Assembly (NCBI GenBank): GCA_964012805.1
Contig: CAXGUD010000050.1
Span: 1 to 25,297 of the forward strand
Direction: 5' to 3'
Source of the DNA: an uncultured Bacteriovoracaceae bacterium
GTDB taxonomy: Bacteria; Bdellovibrionota; Bacteriovoracia; Bacteriovoracales; Bacteriovoracaceae
DNA length: 25,297 nt
The notes below the pieces were generated by a model. That model saw nothing but the letters and a program-made list of their open reading frames with translations, was not told the origin of the DNA and ran no database searches. Positions 24,531-25,297 of the stretch are shown here, one piece after another (positions within the stretch are counted from its first letter, which is position 1; every line of letters starts with the position of its first letter). Both the position numbers and the translations under genes were made by a program.

Positions 24531-25211
24531 TTAATCTCCATTAAAAAATGTTGGTAATCCCTCTACGGAAAACGAAAACTGGAGGGCGATTCTATAAGTA
24601 ACGGCCCTTTTAAGAGAGTCAAAGGGATTATAGAGGGCAGAGTCTAACTTAAGGACCGCATTTTTTTGATCAAACATAAAATCAAGTGGAAATCCAATTC
24701 CATGAGTCCAAGTCAGGTTGCTTGAAATTGAAGTGAACTCCGGAAGGTAAAAAGCGGTGGAAGAATTTCCATTATTCAGTGTTTCCGTTCCGCCAGGCCC
24801 ATCAATAAAGGTCCAGTGAAGACCAATTCCCGTATGCAAAAGAAAATATTTAAAGCGCTTTCCAGGATCTGTTGAGATGAAAAAAGTGGATCGTGAAACA
24901 GCAGCGTGGCGTCCATTGCCAGAAAAATTGAGGCCCAGCTCTGGAATAATTAAAAGGGTTTCTCTAAAAGGGTATTCAAGCCCAAAAGAAAAAGTAGGGT
25001 TAAAGTTAAAAGTTTCTGTTGTTCCCTCTTTATCAATTTGAACCTTACCTGGAAACATAGTGGTGTTTCCAACACTCCAAAAGGCCTTAGAAGGTTTTTT
25101 GGCCCCATTTTCTTCAGTCGATCCATAAGAGAGAGGAAAAATAAGAAAGAATTCAAAAAGAAAAACCAGCAATATGAGGTGCGTCTTTTTAGACGGAGTA
25201 ATATATTTCAT
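24531..25211 (-). CDS. Exported hypothetical protein, probable small outer-membrane beta-barrel
   Basis: Signal-peptide-like N-terminus and alternating amphipathic aromatic strands (PTFSFGLEY, IIPELGLNF, LHTGIGLHW, YRIALQFSF). Stop is 3 nt before the protease ATG. Confidence 0.55.
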   Translation of the reverse strand: MKYITPSKKTHLILLVFLFEFFLIFPLSYGSTEENGAKKPSKAFWSVGNTTMFPGKVQIDKEGTTETFNFNPTFSFGLEYPFRETLLIIPELGLNFSGNGRHAAVSRSTFFISTDPGKRFKYFLLHTGIGLHWTFIDGPGGTETLNNGNSSTAFYLPEFTSISSNLTWTHGIGFPLDFMFDQKNAVLKLDSALYNPFDSLKRAVTYRIALQFSFSVEGLPTFFNGD

Positions 25212-25297
25212 TGCAAAAATTTTTGTCTAAATAAAAGGCTATGACAAGAGTAAATTTTCGTTTGAGAAAATGCTGCTTAAGTGGCATTATTTGTCAT

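Overview
AT-rich bacterial chromosomal window with no mobile element, rRNA, tRNA or CRISPR array that I can see. Gene style suggests a Bdellovibrionota/Bacteriovoracia-like (former deltaproteobacterial) organism; this is inference only. Left to right: the TKKKV-repeat 3' end of an upstream gene; a short type IIA topoisomerase A subunit that lacks the C-terminal pinwheel and carries eukaryote/T4-like motifs; ihfA; a MerR-family HTH protein; then on the minus strand a complete gspCDEFGHIJKLMN type II secretion cluster followed by an ispA-like prenyltransferase. Further right are a VLCAD/ACAD9-like acyl-CoA dehydrogenase, a degenerate HesB/IscA-like protein, an unlisted 54-aa ORF with a signal-peptide-like segment, a METTL25-like methyltransferase, an orphan murD, and a two-gene unit (probable beta-barrel OMP plus a matrixin protease with a Cys/TM/Arg C-terminal tail). 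Strongest leads: (1) the topoisomerase with histone-H1-like tails; (2) a T2SS with type-IV-pilus-like traits (MshEN-like ATPase N-terminus, PilM-like GspL, poly-Arg major pseudopilin, acidic GspC extension); (3) a MYXO-CTERM-like sorting tail on the nearby protease. Comparisons with reference proteins are from memory and were not computed.
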